Below are positions 12,330-25,600 of a stretch of DNA of 64,000 nt, piece by piece. Made by a program: the position numbers and the translations under genes. Source of the DNA: Raillietiella orientalis (lineage: Eukaryota); assembly GCA_036172245.1 (NCBI GenBank), contig JAYWIR010000013.1:1116001-1180000 (forward strand), in the 5' to 3' direction. The notes under the pieces were generated by a model that saw only the letters and a program-made list of their open reading frames with translations, searched no databases and was not told the origin of the DNA. Numbering within the stretch: the first letter of the stretch is position 1; every line of letters begins with the position of its first letter.

Positions 12330-12780
12330 TCACGTGGAGCGGATGACACGGGAGACTTCGCTCTTTCGGGAAATCCCGGCAGCAGGAAGAGGAAAATCCG
12401 GCGACAGCGCTGGTGAGGGAAGTCTTTGCGCCGCTCGGCTTCGGGCGAGGCGCCCGGTGCGTGGCGAAACCGCAAGTTCTCGGCCCGCAGAAGAGGCCGA
12501 CCGGAACATCAGCGGAAGACACTTCAGCTTGGCTTTGACGCGCGAGGAGGACAGCAGCACTCTCGGGGTCGGGACGTCCGATGCGCTACTGCCCGGTTCG
12601 TTCCTGTTCCCGCGACAGGCGACCACACCTCAACACAGGATATCCCGTCAGTCGAATATCCCGTTTGTTGGCATTTTTGAATTCCTTTCGGTACTTCGCG
12701 CCGTAAAAATCGAGGTTTTTCGGCAACTCGGTTACCTATCAGCAACCCTTGGCACGAGAAGCCGTTTACCGTCTGCTGCG
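12330..12780 (-). mobile_element. RLE LINE C-terminal fragment
   Basis: VKAKLKCLP resembles the pre-CCHC LRxNxLP motif. Confidence 0.35.
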
Positions 12781-13160
12781 GATTCGTGATTTGTTAGTCC
12801 ATTTCCTGTTGCTTACGGATCGCTGGAAGGGTAACTACCCTCCTTTGGGTTCTGCTTGTTGCTTCAAGTTGAGTGCGTTCGGCCTTCGTCCACCCCTCAG
12901 ATCCCGGTAATCGATTCCTGTGCATCCGCATCGCCGCTCGGCTGCACGCCGACCCCTCTTAGTTACGTTTTTTTTTCTTTTTTCCTGCTCTCGATGCGTG
13001 CCTTTCCTTTCCCATCAGACTCTCGTTTGTTTTCGTCTCACCGGCAGCCAATCAAATTTTCCACTTGCATGTCTCCTGCAAGTTTTCCAAAGTGATCGTT
13101 CGTGACACAGCCGTTCCCGTTCGCAGTTCGTAACTGTTGATGTTTCCGTGGGCACTAGTA

Positions 13161-13570
13161 CTGGCCCTCGTAGCTGCGGCCTCCGCCCGCCGTGGTGACA
13201 AGGTGCGAAGTGGGTTTGAATCCCCCACGTGCAAGACCGAGAAATGGGGGAAGGGGGGGTGCGTCGTTCGTGGGTTCCGAGTCCCCTCGCAGGACGACGC
13301 TGGTTGGCCTGAAGGTGAGGCGCTGGTGTTCCCTTTGCTGGCCAAGATTGGAATTTGACCCTTCCGGGTCCCTTGAGAAATCAAGGAACCGGTTCTTTTG
13401 GGGGTTCCCCTCCGGTTGTGAAGATGTAGCCGTCCCCTGCCCCCCTCTCTCTCTCTCTGGGGGGACCCTCCTTCAAGTACGGTGGAGCTGGTTGATATCC
13501 CCTTCGGGGGTGGCCTCTCCAGAGTGTCAAGAAGCGCGCTGCTCCCTTTGGGGTCCTACTGTCCTTTAGG
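13161..13570 (+). mobile_element. tRNA-headed SINE, 5' half
   Basis: GGCCCTCGTAGCTGCGG...GGTTTGAATCCC (A/B-box-like); body aligns with the 57017 copy. Confidence 0.7.
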
Positions 13571-14009
13571 CAAAAAGAAAACAAAAATCCTCCGCTGCAT
13601 TCCAGGCGCGGATGCGCTTATGAGAAAAACAGCACCCTGTTGCATGACTGGAGAGAACGGAGGAGCAGCGGGAAGAAGGGAGGGAGGAAAGCTGCACATG
13701 TGGACGCGCGGATCCATAAAGAAATTCTGCTTCCGAGCAAGTTGACGTAAGACAGTAGTCCAGAACCAGGGTCTGATGCGTGCGAGACACGAACTGTCAG
13801 TCCTAGAACGGAACTGCCGTGCCGAGTCGGATGCTTCCGGGGAGTCAAACGGGGGGGATTCAAAGTGCGTTTTCGACTTGGATGAAATGGACTAGCCAGT
13901 TTTCTAATGTTCCTTTTTTTCTTCTTAAGCTGTTTCTTTTTTTTTTTTGGACGACTGCTGGTGTTTCCAGGAATCTCATCATCGTCTTATCCTTTGTATA
14001 GCACCCAGG

Positions 14010-15510
14010 AAGGAAACTGAGTGGCCAAGTCCTTCCGAACCTCCCGCAAAAGGGTTCTTCTAGATGGCCCGTGCCGGAATTCAGCCGCATGTTGCTCTGC
14101 CGGTGCTGCCGTGACCAGGAGGGGTCTGAAGAGGCCGAAGATGCGGAGAGCAGGGGCGAGTTGCTTTCGGGTGCGAAGATGCCACAAACGGATTTTTGCA
14201 CCGGTTTTTCCGCCCCAAGAGCTTCACAGATTTGCAATAAAGGGGAGTGGACTTAAGCAACCAGAAGAGGGAAGTGTGTGCGTGGAGAGGAGGGAGAGCT
14301 GTCCCTTTAAAAGAGGCTGCCGGGATCAAAATCAGGGATAAAGGCGAACTCAGAGGAGAACGAGTCTCAGAAGGGGGATCTGCATTGGGCAGCAGAACCC
14401 GCCCAGGAATTTCAGGACGACCGTCAGGAGAAAGAAGGGAGTGCGCTGAGGTGAACGGACACGGCTGTGCCGAAACGCGTTTCCGCACCTCGAATCCTCA
14501 GGGGCCCCGTGCGACCCACTGGGAGCAAGATAGACGAGTGAGAGGGAATCCAGGAAAGCGAAGTGGCAGCGGGAAAGTCAAGCCGTGTCGCAGGGCGTGG
14601 ATGGCGGCAGCAGCAGCCAGCGCCAGGCAGTCACGTGGCGCTCGCGGACCCACGACGTGAGCGTCGCGGGAGCACCTTTTAGGGATGCTTCTCTTTTTTC
14701 CCAGGTGCGCGTCGTACACATGGAGGGCATCTTGTTCTGCACTCTCAGGATTGTACAGTGCCAATCGCACCGTGTGCAAAAATCGGAGCGTGTGAGCAAC
14801 TCCGCATCGGAGAACACTTTAGGTTTTTTTTTTTTTTTTTCTCTCTCCCTCTTCAAAATCCGTGCTGAAAGCGGATACTTCGTCGTTGCAGCGGTTGCAA
14901 TATTCCAAAAAGAACGTTGCCACGCTTGCTCGCAGCAGTCCCCTTTCTTCTATAGGTCTTCGATCGCCCCTTTTTTACCGCTGTCTGTTTCCTGTTTTCG
15001 ATCTTCCACCTTCTCGTTGGAACGAGGAACTCCGGGTGCGTTCTCGCTGGCGGGTCGCGCCTCAGCGATGCACCGCCCTTTTTTAACGATCTTCCCAGGA
15101 CGTCTTCTGTCAAGGACACTCGCAGTACTTATGGCGTGTTTCCGGTCGCCTCCCAGAACGATGCCCATCTGCGAGCGCCGAAAATCACAGCGCAGTCATC
15201 AAGCGGTCACCTTAGTTAGGTGACCTCTTCCGTTCTTTGTGGAACGTCTGCTGCTTGTTGCTGCCCAGACCACCGCCGCCATGTGGAGGACATTGGCAGG
15301 TCTCGTCCGGACATTTGCAAGATCGGCATCCTCTTCTTGGATCCAATTGCTCTCCTCCCCCCTCTTCTTTTCCCCCCGTGATGCCCGCGGATGCGACACT
15401 TGAAATGAAGGCAATGCCGCTGCTTCTGCTATTCGCTTTTCGCCGAAGAAAAGGAGTTGCTGTAGCCGCATGGCCGTCAACACGGGCGGCGTCCGCCCAC
15501 AATTTCTGTG
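14010..15510 (+). mobile_element. RLE LINE fragments (post-RT linker 14010-14790; RT1-3 15000-15510)
   Basis: LHRFAIKGSGL (HxxxxxGGL-like), WRTLAGLVRTF, AVAAWPSTRAASAH (RT3-like); heavily decayed. Confidence 0.4.
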
Positions 15511-15990
15511 CGTAACACCTGGCTTCGCGGGTTCGAATCCTGTCCGGGGAAGGGTAGACGCTGAGAACGGGTGCAGGCGTCGTCGTGAGTGTCGACTCAC
15601 CCCTTCTGGACTAAGCTGGTTGGCCTGAAAGTTTCAGGTGAGACATGAGACATCGGTGGAAGCCGGATACCCCGTTGACTGGCCGAAATTACGAGGTGAC
15701 CTCTCGGGGTCCTTCCAGAAACCAAGGAGCCCTACGGGGCTCCCCCCGGCTGTGAAAAGGGTACCGCGTACCACGGAGCTGGTTGATACCTCTTCAGGGT
15801 GCAAGAAGTGCTCTGTTCCCTTGGGAGAGCATCCTTCCGGGAAATTGGGAAACATCTTTCTGAAGGGGGAACAAGGAACGGTTTTTCTTTCGGGGTTGTC
15901 TCCGGAGAAGAAACGAGGGGTGGTCCCCTCCGCGGGTTCCTCCGGAGAGAATGAAGAAGTTTCCTTCGGGGTTCCTTTCGGAGACAACCA
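15510..15990 (+). mobile_element. tRNA-headed SINE, 5' part ending at TCGGAGACAACCA
   Basis: B-box GGTTCGAATCC at ~15530; body aligns with the 57017 copy. Confidence 0.72.
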
Positions 15991-15999
15991 CACGGAGCG

Positions 16000-16520
16000 A
16001 ACGTGCTTTTGCGGTGCTCCGCCAAGCCTAAAGTTAGGGACTTCTTTCCTTGATATTTGTGTATTGGTGCATCGACGGCGTCCACATGGCAGCAACGCCT
16101 GAGGACACCGTGATGGATGCTTGCGGACATAAGGCCAATCCCCCTCCTCAAGCAGCAGAAGGTCGTTGTCAGAACGCTGGCGTAGGAGCAGCAGCCAGTC
16201 CATGCCCTCGCTGGTGCGAAGGACGAATCTTTGGGGCGGGAGCCTCCATTTCCACTGGCCGGGGGAACCATGTTGCCATTCCCCTCCCCCTGGACACCCT
16301 TGGTGGCGGCATCAGGCATTCCTGCCTGCTCGCTCCACCATCGAGTCTTCACACCAACAAACAAGCTTCGGGAAGAAACGCCCAAGCCGCGGAGCGAACA
16401 AAAGGCACGTCCGTCCAAGCAGGGAGCGAACTGCGAGAAGCACCGGCTGACAGAGAGGCGCCGCCCTCGGCAGCCATTGTGAGGCAGCCAGCCCATGTGC
16501 TACCCCGAGTTTTCTAAGCA
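16000..16520 (+). mobile_element. RLE LINE RT3-6 fragment
   Basis: FLDI..DGVH and later RT4/RT5-like remnants. Confidence 0.35.
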
Positions 16521-16539
16521 AAGGACTGCTACGCGGGGG

Positions 16540-17268
16540 GGATGGGGAGCTGCTACGAACCCCTGCGGAGGAGGCGAAGTGGCTCCTAGAGTGTTAAAAC
16601 AGTGCGACCCTCCCCCAAAGTGACAGGAGTCGGCGATCCTGCTGTTGCATTGGGGCCTCCCATGCAACGCCCGTCGACATCACTGGACCCGGGAGAGTGT
16701 AAGCCCGGACGGCAGCAGGTGCGGGGAACGAAAGTCCCTCCCACACCTGCTTGTGGACTGTCCTCTGACTCCTGACCCCTATGGGAACGTTTTGGGACGG
16801 CCCTACGGACCACGGCCGTCAACCCCAGGGACCTAGTAAAACTCCTCTTCACACGCGGCGACCTACCGCCAGCCCCAGCCTTAGCAGCTCTTTGCATCCG
16901 CGAAATTGTGAAAATCTGGAGGAGCGACACTGAAGCAGGAGCAAACGAAAGGGACTCCGTCGATTGTGCACTTCGCTTTCTGCGGATGGCAGCAAGATGT
17001 CCCCATTTGGGTACAATCAGGACCGACCCAGCGGGTATCCTGCAAGGCGATTTCTTTCCGGTCCTCCACACTGTCTTTTATTTTATTTATTTTCATTTTT
17101 TCATTTGCTACTCCATCCCCTCCGCTGCGGAGGTGAACCTCATCGGTCTGCAGATCGGCAACCAGACAGGTCCGTGGACAAAATGGAGTTTGGCTGAACT
17201 GCGTGTTTCAATTGCGCAATTTGCGAGTTTCCTTTAGATTTTAGCGAACGCCCCGGCGTTTCTGGGTG
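16540..17268 (+). mobile_element. L1/Tx1-type LINE 3' fragment (zf-RVT + 3' UTR)
   Basis: LLHWGLPCNARRHHWTRESVSPD..CGERKSLPHLLVDC; T-rich UTR; terminal hairpin. Confidence 0.8.
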
Positions 17269-17272
17269 AAAA

Positions 17273-17490
17273 TCGGACCACCAGAGCGTGAGTTGCCTTC
17301 GTGGTTCCCTCCCAAGCGTGAGATGAACGGACTCCTCTCGCGGTTGTAGGGTGGGATTCATAGGGTGGTTAATCCCTAACTTGAGGAGTTGCACGCATCT
17401 CGGGTGGGGTAGACGGTGTCAAAGAGCTTGGTGAGCCACTCCTAAGGAGACAGATGGTTCTTTGAGTACTTAGCGAACCAAAAAAAAAGA
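17273..17490 (+). mobile_element. SINE 3' half
   Basis: Aligns with 57567-57795 (GGATTCATAGGGTGG...GTCAAAGAGCTT...GAACCAAAAAA). Confidence 0.7.
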
Positions 17491-17639
17491 GTTGCTGTAC
17501 AGCACTTTGACGCAATGATCAGCGAATGAATGCCGTTTTTTTTCTCTCTCTCTCTCCTTTTCTTCCCAACTTGCTTCCCTGTTCTGCAACAACCAGGAAA
17601 AACAACTCCATCCTTTTCTCTGCACGACCTTCACTCCCT

Positions 17640-18465
17640 CATGTCCAGTGATGCCGGCGGGCATTGTACGGGAAGCTCCAGTGCAGCAGCAGCAGCACCG
17701 ACGTCTGCCACTTTAATGGGGAGAGTGCGTCTATCCAAAAGCAACGGGGCCACTGCAGGTCTTCCTCCGGAATACGCGAGGCGGCAGGAGATCCAGCGGA
17801 TGTTCTTCCTCGTGAGCGTGGCCATCCTCCGAAGCCGCAGTCCTGTCAACTGAAGGAGTTACGGTGGAACCGAACTATGCTGGGTGTGGGGAGCGTGAAT
17901 CCCTCCCGTACCTGCTCCTGGCTTCTGTTGTCTTCTGGCTCCCTGGGGAGCGCATTCTCGCTGCCCTAGGAGCCCCCGGTGGCAACTCTAGGGACGCTTT
18001 ACGTCCCCCCCTCGTTCGCGACTCCCTTCGGCCGGCAGACTCGCCAGCAGCTCCCTGCTGCCTACGCGGGATCGTCTCTGTCTGGAGCCACACAAGAGGA
18101 AGACCGAACGACAGGAGTGCCACATCCACTTCGCCGTCCGGTTCATGAGGATGACATCGAGATGACCCTCACCTGAAGGACAGCATGCAGCAAGTGCTTG
18201 CCGGCATCCTCGAAAGGATGTAGAGGACCGTCCCCAACAGGACGTGATCTTTCCTGCCTCACCCCACCCCCATATTTGTTTATTTATTTTTATTCTATTT
18301 TTGTTTGTCCCCTCCCCCTCCGCTGCAGTTGTGGACCTCACCGGTGTGCAAACCGGAAACCCGGCAGACTTCCGGTGAAACGCGAGTGGCTGGATCATGG
18401 GTCCAGCCACAGTTTCCTGTGAATGTTTATTTTTATTGAAATAAAGTCCCCGGCTCACCCGGGTG
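17640..18465 (+). mobile_element. L1/Tx1-type LINE 3' fragment
   Basis: PNYAGCGERESLPYLL; same UTR; AATAAAgtCCCCGGctcacCCGGGTG end. Confidence 0.75.
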
Positions 18466-18499
18466 AGAAAGCAGTCCCACGAGGGGGTCCTCCGCCGGC

Positions 18500-19625
18500 A
18501 GTTACCCGGAATGCAACAAATGACGGGATGTTGATGACGGCGACGATCTCAGAAGTTACGAAAGAACTTCCACCCTTTGGAGTCCCTCTGGAACTTTGCC
18601 CAAGCTTTCGAATGAACTGGAAGAGACCTTGGCAGGGACCTTCACCGGTCCCACGCTTGCGTAGATGTAGCGCTCCAAGCCGGGACGAGTGGCTCTCGAG
18701 ATGTTGGGGGTGGCGGAAGTCGGGATGCACCGACAAGTTCTTTCCCCCTCCCCTTCAATCTCGAACCCATGGGAGATTTCCTGCAGGACTGGACCTGGTG
18801 TTCCTGGATGTCGGCAGCACTGCCTGCCCCAAGGGCATGCGACGACGGCAGAACCCAACCAGAGGGGTGATAATTCTCTTGCGTCACTGCTGCAGGAGTC
18901 GGGAAATTCCTGGATCTCTGGAAGACGAGAGAGGTATGTGGACGGCGCCCTTCTTCGGGCCCGGGAGAAGAGACATGATCTGATTGGAGGCGCGTCCCCG
19001 AAGAGGTTCTCAGTCTCTCCCTGGCGCATGGACGCGGTGCTGCTCCCGTCGCGGCGGAAACGGGACGTTTTTCCGTTTTCCCGTGCACTGGGGATTCCAG
19101 TGCGACCAACGCATGTGCCTGGTTGTCTAAAGACGTCTTCCCGAACTGCTGCTGAAGGCGAGGGGCGACGGGGGCGTTTCCTCACCTCTTGGTGGACCTT
19201 CGGCGCCCTCGAGGAACTCGGAAGGAGACCGCCTTTTGGCAGCACTTCGTCACTTGGAGGACACTGCAGTGTACAGGAGGCGGCAGTTCTTCTCTCAGGG
19301 AGGACTTACGGCAGGTCGCCGCTGCATGGGCACCATCGTCACAGCCCGCCATGCGCTGGAGTCTCGAGCGCAGTAAAGGGAGCCGCCTCGATGAGGACGG
19401 TCTCAAGGTGCGGCAAGATCCAAGGAGAAGAAGTCACCAGAGAAATAGCCAGCATCCAGCGCCAGAGCCAAATAAGAAGGAGTGGCTGAAACCCCCCTCG
19501 TTCGCGACGGGGAGAATTCCTGCTCTGCCCTATTTTTTTTTTTATTTTTAATTGTCCATTGTCCCCTCCATCCCGTTTCGGACTTCCCTAAAAGCCAGTC
19601 TGCGTACGGGTGGTCATTCCCTTGG
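18500..19625 (+). mobile_element. L1/Tx1-type LINE 3' fragment, subfamily 2
   Basis: zf-RVT remnant at ~19080-19210; tail aligns with 59050-59235 and the reverse complement of 63430-63625. Confidence 0.65.
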
Positions 19626-19699
19626 AATCCCCCCCCCCCTTTTTTCCCCGTTGTTGTTGCTGCTGCTGTTCTTGTCGTTTGCGGACTTGGTTCCTGGTG

Positions 19700-22600
19700 C
19701 CTTGTATGGATCAACGTCCCAGATGGAGACTGGATTGGAACCCGGTCTCCAGTTCATGAAAGGATCGTCATCTTTCCTGCAGAAGAGCTGCAGAGGGAAG
19801 CGCCGACCGCGACTCACCGCCTCAGCAGCAACGAGGACGGATGACCTCACGCTGCTGCTCACTTGACAGCGGTTGACCAGCACTCACCTTCTGCAGCTAA
19901 CAAACGTTTCCTTTCCGGTGTCAAAGACCAAGAGGATTTTCCTTCTGTTGAAGGTCTTTTGCTCCCAGCACGCCGACTGCGTGTGCAAACGGGACTTTGG
20001 TGCTGGAAAAAAAAAAAATCAACGCAACCCTTAGATTTCCCCACTAGGGAAGAAGAGGAGGAATAATGGCACTTCTACTCCGGATTCTGGATGGACAGAA
20101 CGTTGGTTCGATGATGCATCGTTGTTCCCGAAACTTTGGAAGGGAAACGCTTGTTCGGTTGCTTGGCAGCTGGAGGACCAAGCGAAAAATCTCTGGCGTC
20201 CTTTTCCGATGTTGTGGTTTTTCTGACTTATTAGCGCCGCGCCGCTCTTCAGCTGCGCGAGCATCTTGAATTGCCAGCTCTTTAGGGAGAAGGAGAGCGT
20301 CCGCATCTTCTCGTTGAAAGCCACCGCAGCTGTCCACTATCGTCGAGGAAGTAGTTGGCGCTCCATCTCGGAGCCTGACCACGAAGTGGCCGTGTTGCAG
20401 GTCCTCCACATTCCAGATGCCCGAACTCCAGAATCTCGGTCGTGGCAACCTCCCCCACGTGGTGGATTCGCCTTCGCGTAGAGGACGAACCCCACGAAGC
20501 CCGGGTAAAAGGCGATCTGCCACCTCTGGAAGACATGGTCGGGCGCCCAGCAGCAGCCTGCTGGAAGCACGGGTGGCGGTCGAGGTCGGGAGGATCAAGG
20601 CTGAGAACGGGGGATGTGTCAATTCTCCCCCCCCCCTTCCTCCAGGATGATGGTCCACCGCGGTTGACCCATGGTCTTCGGGTGTGGTACTGGTGGAAGC
20701 TGGAAACTCCCGGATGCCCCCATTGACCATCCGGGATTGGGACTTGACCTTCCGGGGTCCCTCCTAGGACATCAAGGAGACCCTCGGGGTTCCCCTCCGG
20801 TGGCAAAGATGGCGCCTTCTCCCTCCCCCTCCTCTCTCCCTTTATCTCGTACCACGGAGCTGGTGGATTGATGCTGCCTCTCCAGAGTGTGAAGAGGTGA
20901 GCTGCTCCCTTTGGTGAGCGGACCTTCGGGGTTCTCTCCAGAGGAGCAGGAAACAGGGAGCGTTTCTTTTCTGGGAGGTCCCCTGCACCCCATCCTGGAG
21001 AGGAAATTCAAGAGCAAATCCTTTCCACCGGGTTCTCTCCGGAGGAAAAACGGGAAGTGACTAATTTTCTCAGGGAGGAGTCTCTCTGGAGAGAACAAGG
21101 AAGAGGTGGTTCCCTCGGTCTTCCCTCCCGAGCTTAAGAGGAATGGACTCCTTTCTCCGAAACACTCCTGGATTCATAGGGTGATCCCTACGGGGCTACC
21201 CTTCAGTTTGAAGAGTCACACGCATCTTCGAGTGGCGTGGACGGTGGTGTCAAAGATCTTCGTGAAATCCCCTAAGGAAGCGGACGATTTTGCAGCACTT
21301 GGAGAACCGGGGGGGAAAAAAAAAGGTGAACCCTTGCTAATAATGGAAGTTTCATAGGGACCACCACTTCTCTCGGAAGCTCTCGAACCATATGCCTTCA
21401 CGGTCCTGTGCTGTGGCTCCTGATCGTGTCGCGGACGGGAAGTCGTTCACGAAACCGCGGTGGGCTTCGAATCCACTTCCTTGCGTCTCGCGTCGCGTCC
21501 TCCGCGCGCTGAGACGCTCCTGCGTCGTGACGCGGAAAGGCCCTATCCGGGGAGTGTTCTTCTACCCGCACTGCCTGAGCATTGTTTGCCGTAGCATGGA
21601 CTTGCGGTCGCTGCAGTCCCTCCATTCATCCATACGGCCGATGACGCAGACGATGTGCCAACCGCCATGCGTTCCAGCCACGTCGCATGCCAAAGCAAAC
21701 ACCATGGTGCATCTGATTCCTCCTATCTGAGTGCGAGATACCCGGAGTCACCGCGGGACTTGGTCGCCTGGGGAGGTCCTAAGATGCCAGGGAGTCTTCT
21801 GCCAATGCTCGATTCCGATGTCCGCACTCCCCTGGAGGAGAAATGGAGAAGGCGGTTCGCGAATTACCGATCGTCTTGGGCCGCCGAACGCTCGCGGGCG
21901 CTGCCTCCGATCTTTTGAAGGATCAGCAAACCGCAGACATGGTCACCTGACTTCCTTTTGGAGCATCAGGTCAAGGAATCCTGCTTGCTGATTCTGAGAA
22001 GGCAGCAGCCGATGGCTGCAACTCAGCACGGACGTGCAGTGGGGGCTGTACCCTCCGTCCACCAAAACGCGGTTGACAATCACAGCTCCCGAGAAGGATT
22101 TCACCTCAGAAGCCTGAAGGTCAAGAGCAGAGGAGCAGCTAAAGACAAGACTCCGGCCTCCAATCGGAAAAGCTGGTGGAAACTCAGGGGCATAAGACGA
22201 GCAGCCCAAAAGGCAAAAGGTTTGCTGGCTTGAACCACGAACACGGGTTTCCAAAAACGTGCCAGAGAGGCGAGCGGGAATGCGTGGTCGACCTGTGGAA
22301 CGATTCGTCCTACTACTGAGATTGCCGAGGAAGGCAGGCTTCTTCCTCTCTGCACCACTCCTCCCTCCCTCAGTCGTTCACGGAGACAGCATCTCCCGCT
22401 GCGTGTCTTCGCTTCTATTCCTCCGGCTTCTCAGATCAAGCGCGTTTCTTCGGCAGACAGGAGCGCTGAAAAACCCACCGAGTCTGGATGGGTTCGCGCC
22501 TGTTGCATCCAGAGCGCCCTTGAAGCCACGGCCCGCCAAAGGCACGTTCCAAATCCGAGATGTCTCGGGGGAAAGCGCCGCAGTGAAGCAATGAGGACCC

Positions 22601-23500
22601 TGCCTACCGAGTCCACGGATCGAAGAACTTGCCCACAGCCGGTGCGCAGACCGGTGAGGTTCGCCTCGACAACAAGGGGAGGGGGAGGGGAGTTAGGGAA
22701 GAGATCGCTTCCTGCTTTGGGGCGTCCTCGGCACCCTTCCAAGGATGCCGGGCTGCGTGCTTTTCAGCCATCTCGACGCCAACCCCAGAAAGCAGAACAC
22801 AGATCGGAAGACGTCCCTGTCGTTCTTGCCTTTCTCGACGGCGGTCCGGGAAGCGACGAACTCGCTTAGGCAGCAGAGAGCTGCAGGGGATGCGACTGGA
22901 GGTAGAGCATCCCATAAGAAGAAGCATCTCCGAGGTTGCTGTCGGGGGATCCACAGCGTTGCGGTAAGAAGCTCCCACAGGGGCCAGGGGGGCAACGACG
23001 CAGCCCACGAGTAGGTGCGGGAGGGACTCTAGTTCCCCGTACCTGTTGCAGTTCGGACTTACCCCTCCCCCTCCCCCGGGTCAAATGATGTCGGCGATAG
23101 TTGCACGGGAGGTCCTAATGTAACAGAATGATCGCCAACTCCTCATCCTTCCTCACTTGAGAGCGACCGTGCGGAGCACTGGAGACCACCCGAGGTCTTC
23201 CCGGGGAATTCCTTGCAGCTCATTTGAGTGCAAAAATCCTTTCGGTGGGGCACTCGGAGTCACAGCGTCAGTCAGCTGGCCTGTGGTCCAGCCACTTGAG
23301 GCTTATCCCTTCTGGAGCTCATGACCAAATGTTCGCCAATGACCTACCATCTTGCCGGCACGCTGCTGCCAATCTGTTTCCTCAGGATGGGCGGTAAGGG
23401 AGGCGCTGCAGCAAGGGAGGGATCGCTCTGCCCATGCGCACTTGGTGAGATGAGTGGTGGTTTCCCGACCGTTGCAGGACGAGCTGCGCGCACACATTGA
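19700..23500 (+). mobile_element. Decayed, roughly colinear RLE (R2/NeSL-type) LINE interrupted by a SINE
   Basis: In order: Myb-like EEEEMALLLR (~20050), KGPIRG / MVHLIPP (RT0-1, ~21530-21730), GIRRA (RT4), RAPLKP (~22510), HPSKDAGL (~22730), GWAVRE (~23385, endonuclease region). Confidence 0.6.
20575..21335 (+). mobile_element. SINE, near full length with damaged head
   Basis: Colinear with 57080-57800 including A-run. Confidence 0.72.
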
Positions 23501-24453
23501 GATAACACTGGGCTCGACTCCTAGACCAAACCGCTAACGGGTTCCTGAGGCCAGGCGCTACCGTTCGCGGGGTAGCAGGAAATGCAACCTCTCTCCCTTG
23601 TGGGTACAGGCGTCCCGCCGTGACACCGAGTCCTCTGCGAGGACCCTGACGAATCCCGGCAGTGCCCTTGGGTGAATCCATTCATCCCCTTTGCTTTTCT
23701 TTGCTTCCACGGCGGCTCGGACGCGCTGCCGAGGGGTGTGGAGTTCTCCGTGGACGAGGAACTGGTGTGGTTAGCGCCGTCACTCCCTTCTCTTCCTCCC
23801 CCCTTGAAGAGGCAGGAGTCAGCGCTGCTGCTGCTGCACAGGGTCTCCCGTGTAACGTCTGTCGGCATCACTGGACACGGGAGAAGGGGGTGAACCCGAA
23901 CTGCTCCAGGCGCGGGAAGCGGGAATCCCTCCTGCACCTGCCAGTGGACTGTGTTGTCCTCTAAACCCTTTGGGAACGCTTTGCTGCGACCCTTGGAACC
24001 CCCAGCGGCAACCTCAAGGACGCTGTGCGACTCCTCTTTGTGCGGGACGCCCTACGGCCAGCCGCAGCCCTAGCAGCACTATGCTGCCTCCGCAGCATTG
24101 TGGCGGCGTGGAGGCGGAGCCAATGAAGGAAGCGACGATAGGGACGCCGTCCACTTCGCTGTTCTCTGTCTGCGGATAGAGTCTAGACAGTCCCATCTGG
24201 AACATATCTGGACAGACCTAGCCGGCATCCTGAGAAAGGCGCACCCGGTCCCTCCAGCGGACAGTGATCCCCTCATGGCCCTTCAGAGTGTTTATTTTTA
24301 TTTATTCTTTTTGTTTTTCCGCCGTCCCCCTCCATTGCCGAGGTGAGCCCAGCCGCTCTGCTGTAAGATCGGCCGTGGTGGGACTACTCATGTCCCACCA
24401 CGACAGTTGCATGTTTATTTTAATTAATAAATGCTACGGCGTGACCAGGTGGC
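23500..24453 (+). mobile_element. L1/Tx1-type LINE 3' fragment
   Basis: LPCNVCRHHWTREKGVNPNCSRRGKRESLLHLPVDC; UTR with 11-bp hairpin 24374-24402; AATAAA end. Confidence 0.8.
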
Positions 24454-24949
24454 AGCTTCTCTTCCTCCTCCTCTTCTCGGGCGGGTAAGGCGAACCGCGA
24501 GGGTCCTAGTTCGCCCCACCGCCAGCGGGAACGCGGAGTCTTGGAAAGTCCTCCGCAGCCGCCGCTTGCCTTCGGGTCGACTGCGCGCGGCTTATCGGCG
24601 CTGTGATCCCAGCGCTCAGTCAGATGGTATGTTAAGCCGTGCGCCCCGCCATCCCGTGGCTGGGACCAACATCCGATTGCGCAAAGAAACCCGGTTCGGT
24701 TTCCACGTGATCGTTTCCTAGTGACCGCTCCGGATGAGGAGGGCGTTCCCATGTTCCAGACCGGGACCCGTCGGATCAGCCGTTTTGCCGACAGGCCGTC
24801 CTGCTGCCGCTGCCGCAGCGAGGGCCCTCCGCGAAAATCGGAAACCCTCCGCTCCGAACTGCTCCGAAGAGAAGGGAAAACGCGCACGCACGGTCGGTTT
24901 TCCCGGTGTAGGTCGCAGATGGCGGCACTTGAGATTCTTATCTGCGGGT

Positions 24950-25600
24950 GCCTATCAGCTCATCTGAGGGTTATCGGTTGCCTGGGAGTGCAACCGCGGA
25001 GCGGACTGCTTGGACGCCGCGCTGCGAAGCAAAGATTTCCACCCGCCCGAGATATATCTCCGGGATACGTTGCCTCGCCGCGGGAGCAGTCGGAAGTCGT
25101 CAGGGGGAACGCTCTTTCTACAAGAGGTTGTTAGCACGCGGAACGACACGCCACCTCCTCTGTTTCTTCCACCTCACGACGGCAACACCGCATCCGTTTC
25201 GTGCCAAAACTCATCCAGGGCGTGAAGGTGGCTGGCAGGATCCCACGGAGAGCATTCCGTGGAGTAGACGGAACCCAATGCACCGCGTTCGGCTGAGGTG
25301 TCTCGAAGAGGAATTGCAGCGCTGAGTGGGTGGGCGCTCGCACTGGAAAACACCCGAGTAGGTCGAAATGGCCACCTTGATGCCATTCTCCATTCCGATG
25401 CCATCTCGGGCGGAGAAAGTTCCAAAAGCAAAGACACACACAAAAAAATCATTTCCCTCTCGAACGTGTCCTTTCCAAAAGGAACTGCCGTGCAGTTCGT
25501 TCAGGCGAAAAACTCGTCCCTTGCGTTCGTTCTGGGCAGGACGCCGTTTAGCGGGGCATTCGGCTGCAGTTCTCACGTGATGCTGGCACAGGTTCAGAAA
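24950..25600 (+). mobile_element. RLE LINE N-terminal (Myb-like) fragment
   Basis: RSHWKTPE.VEMATL...KKSFPSRT resembles the R2 Myb domain. Confidence 0.35.
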
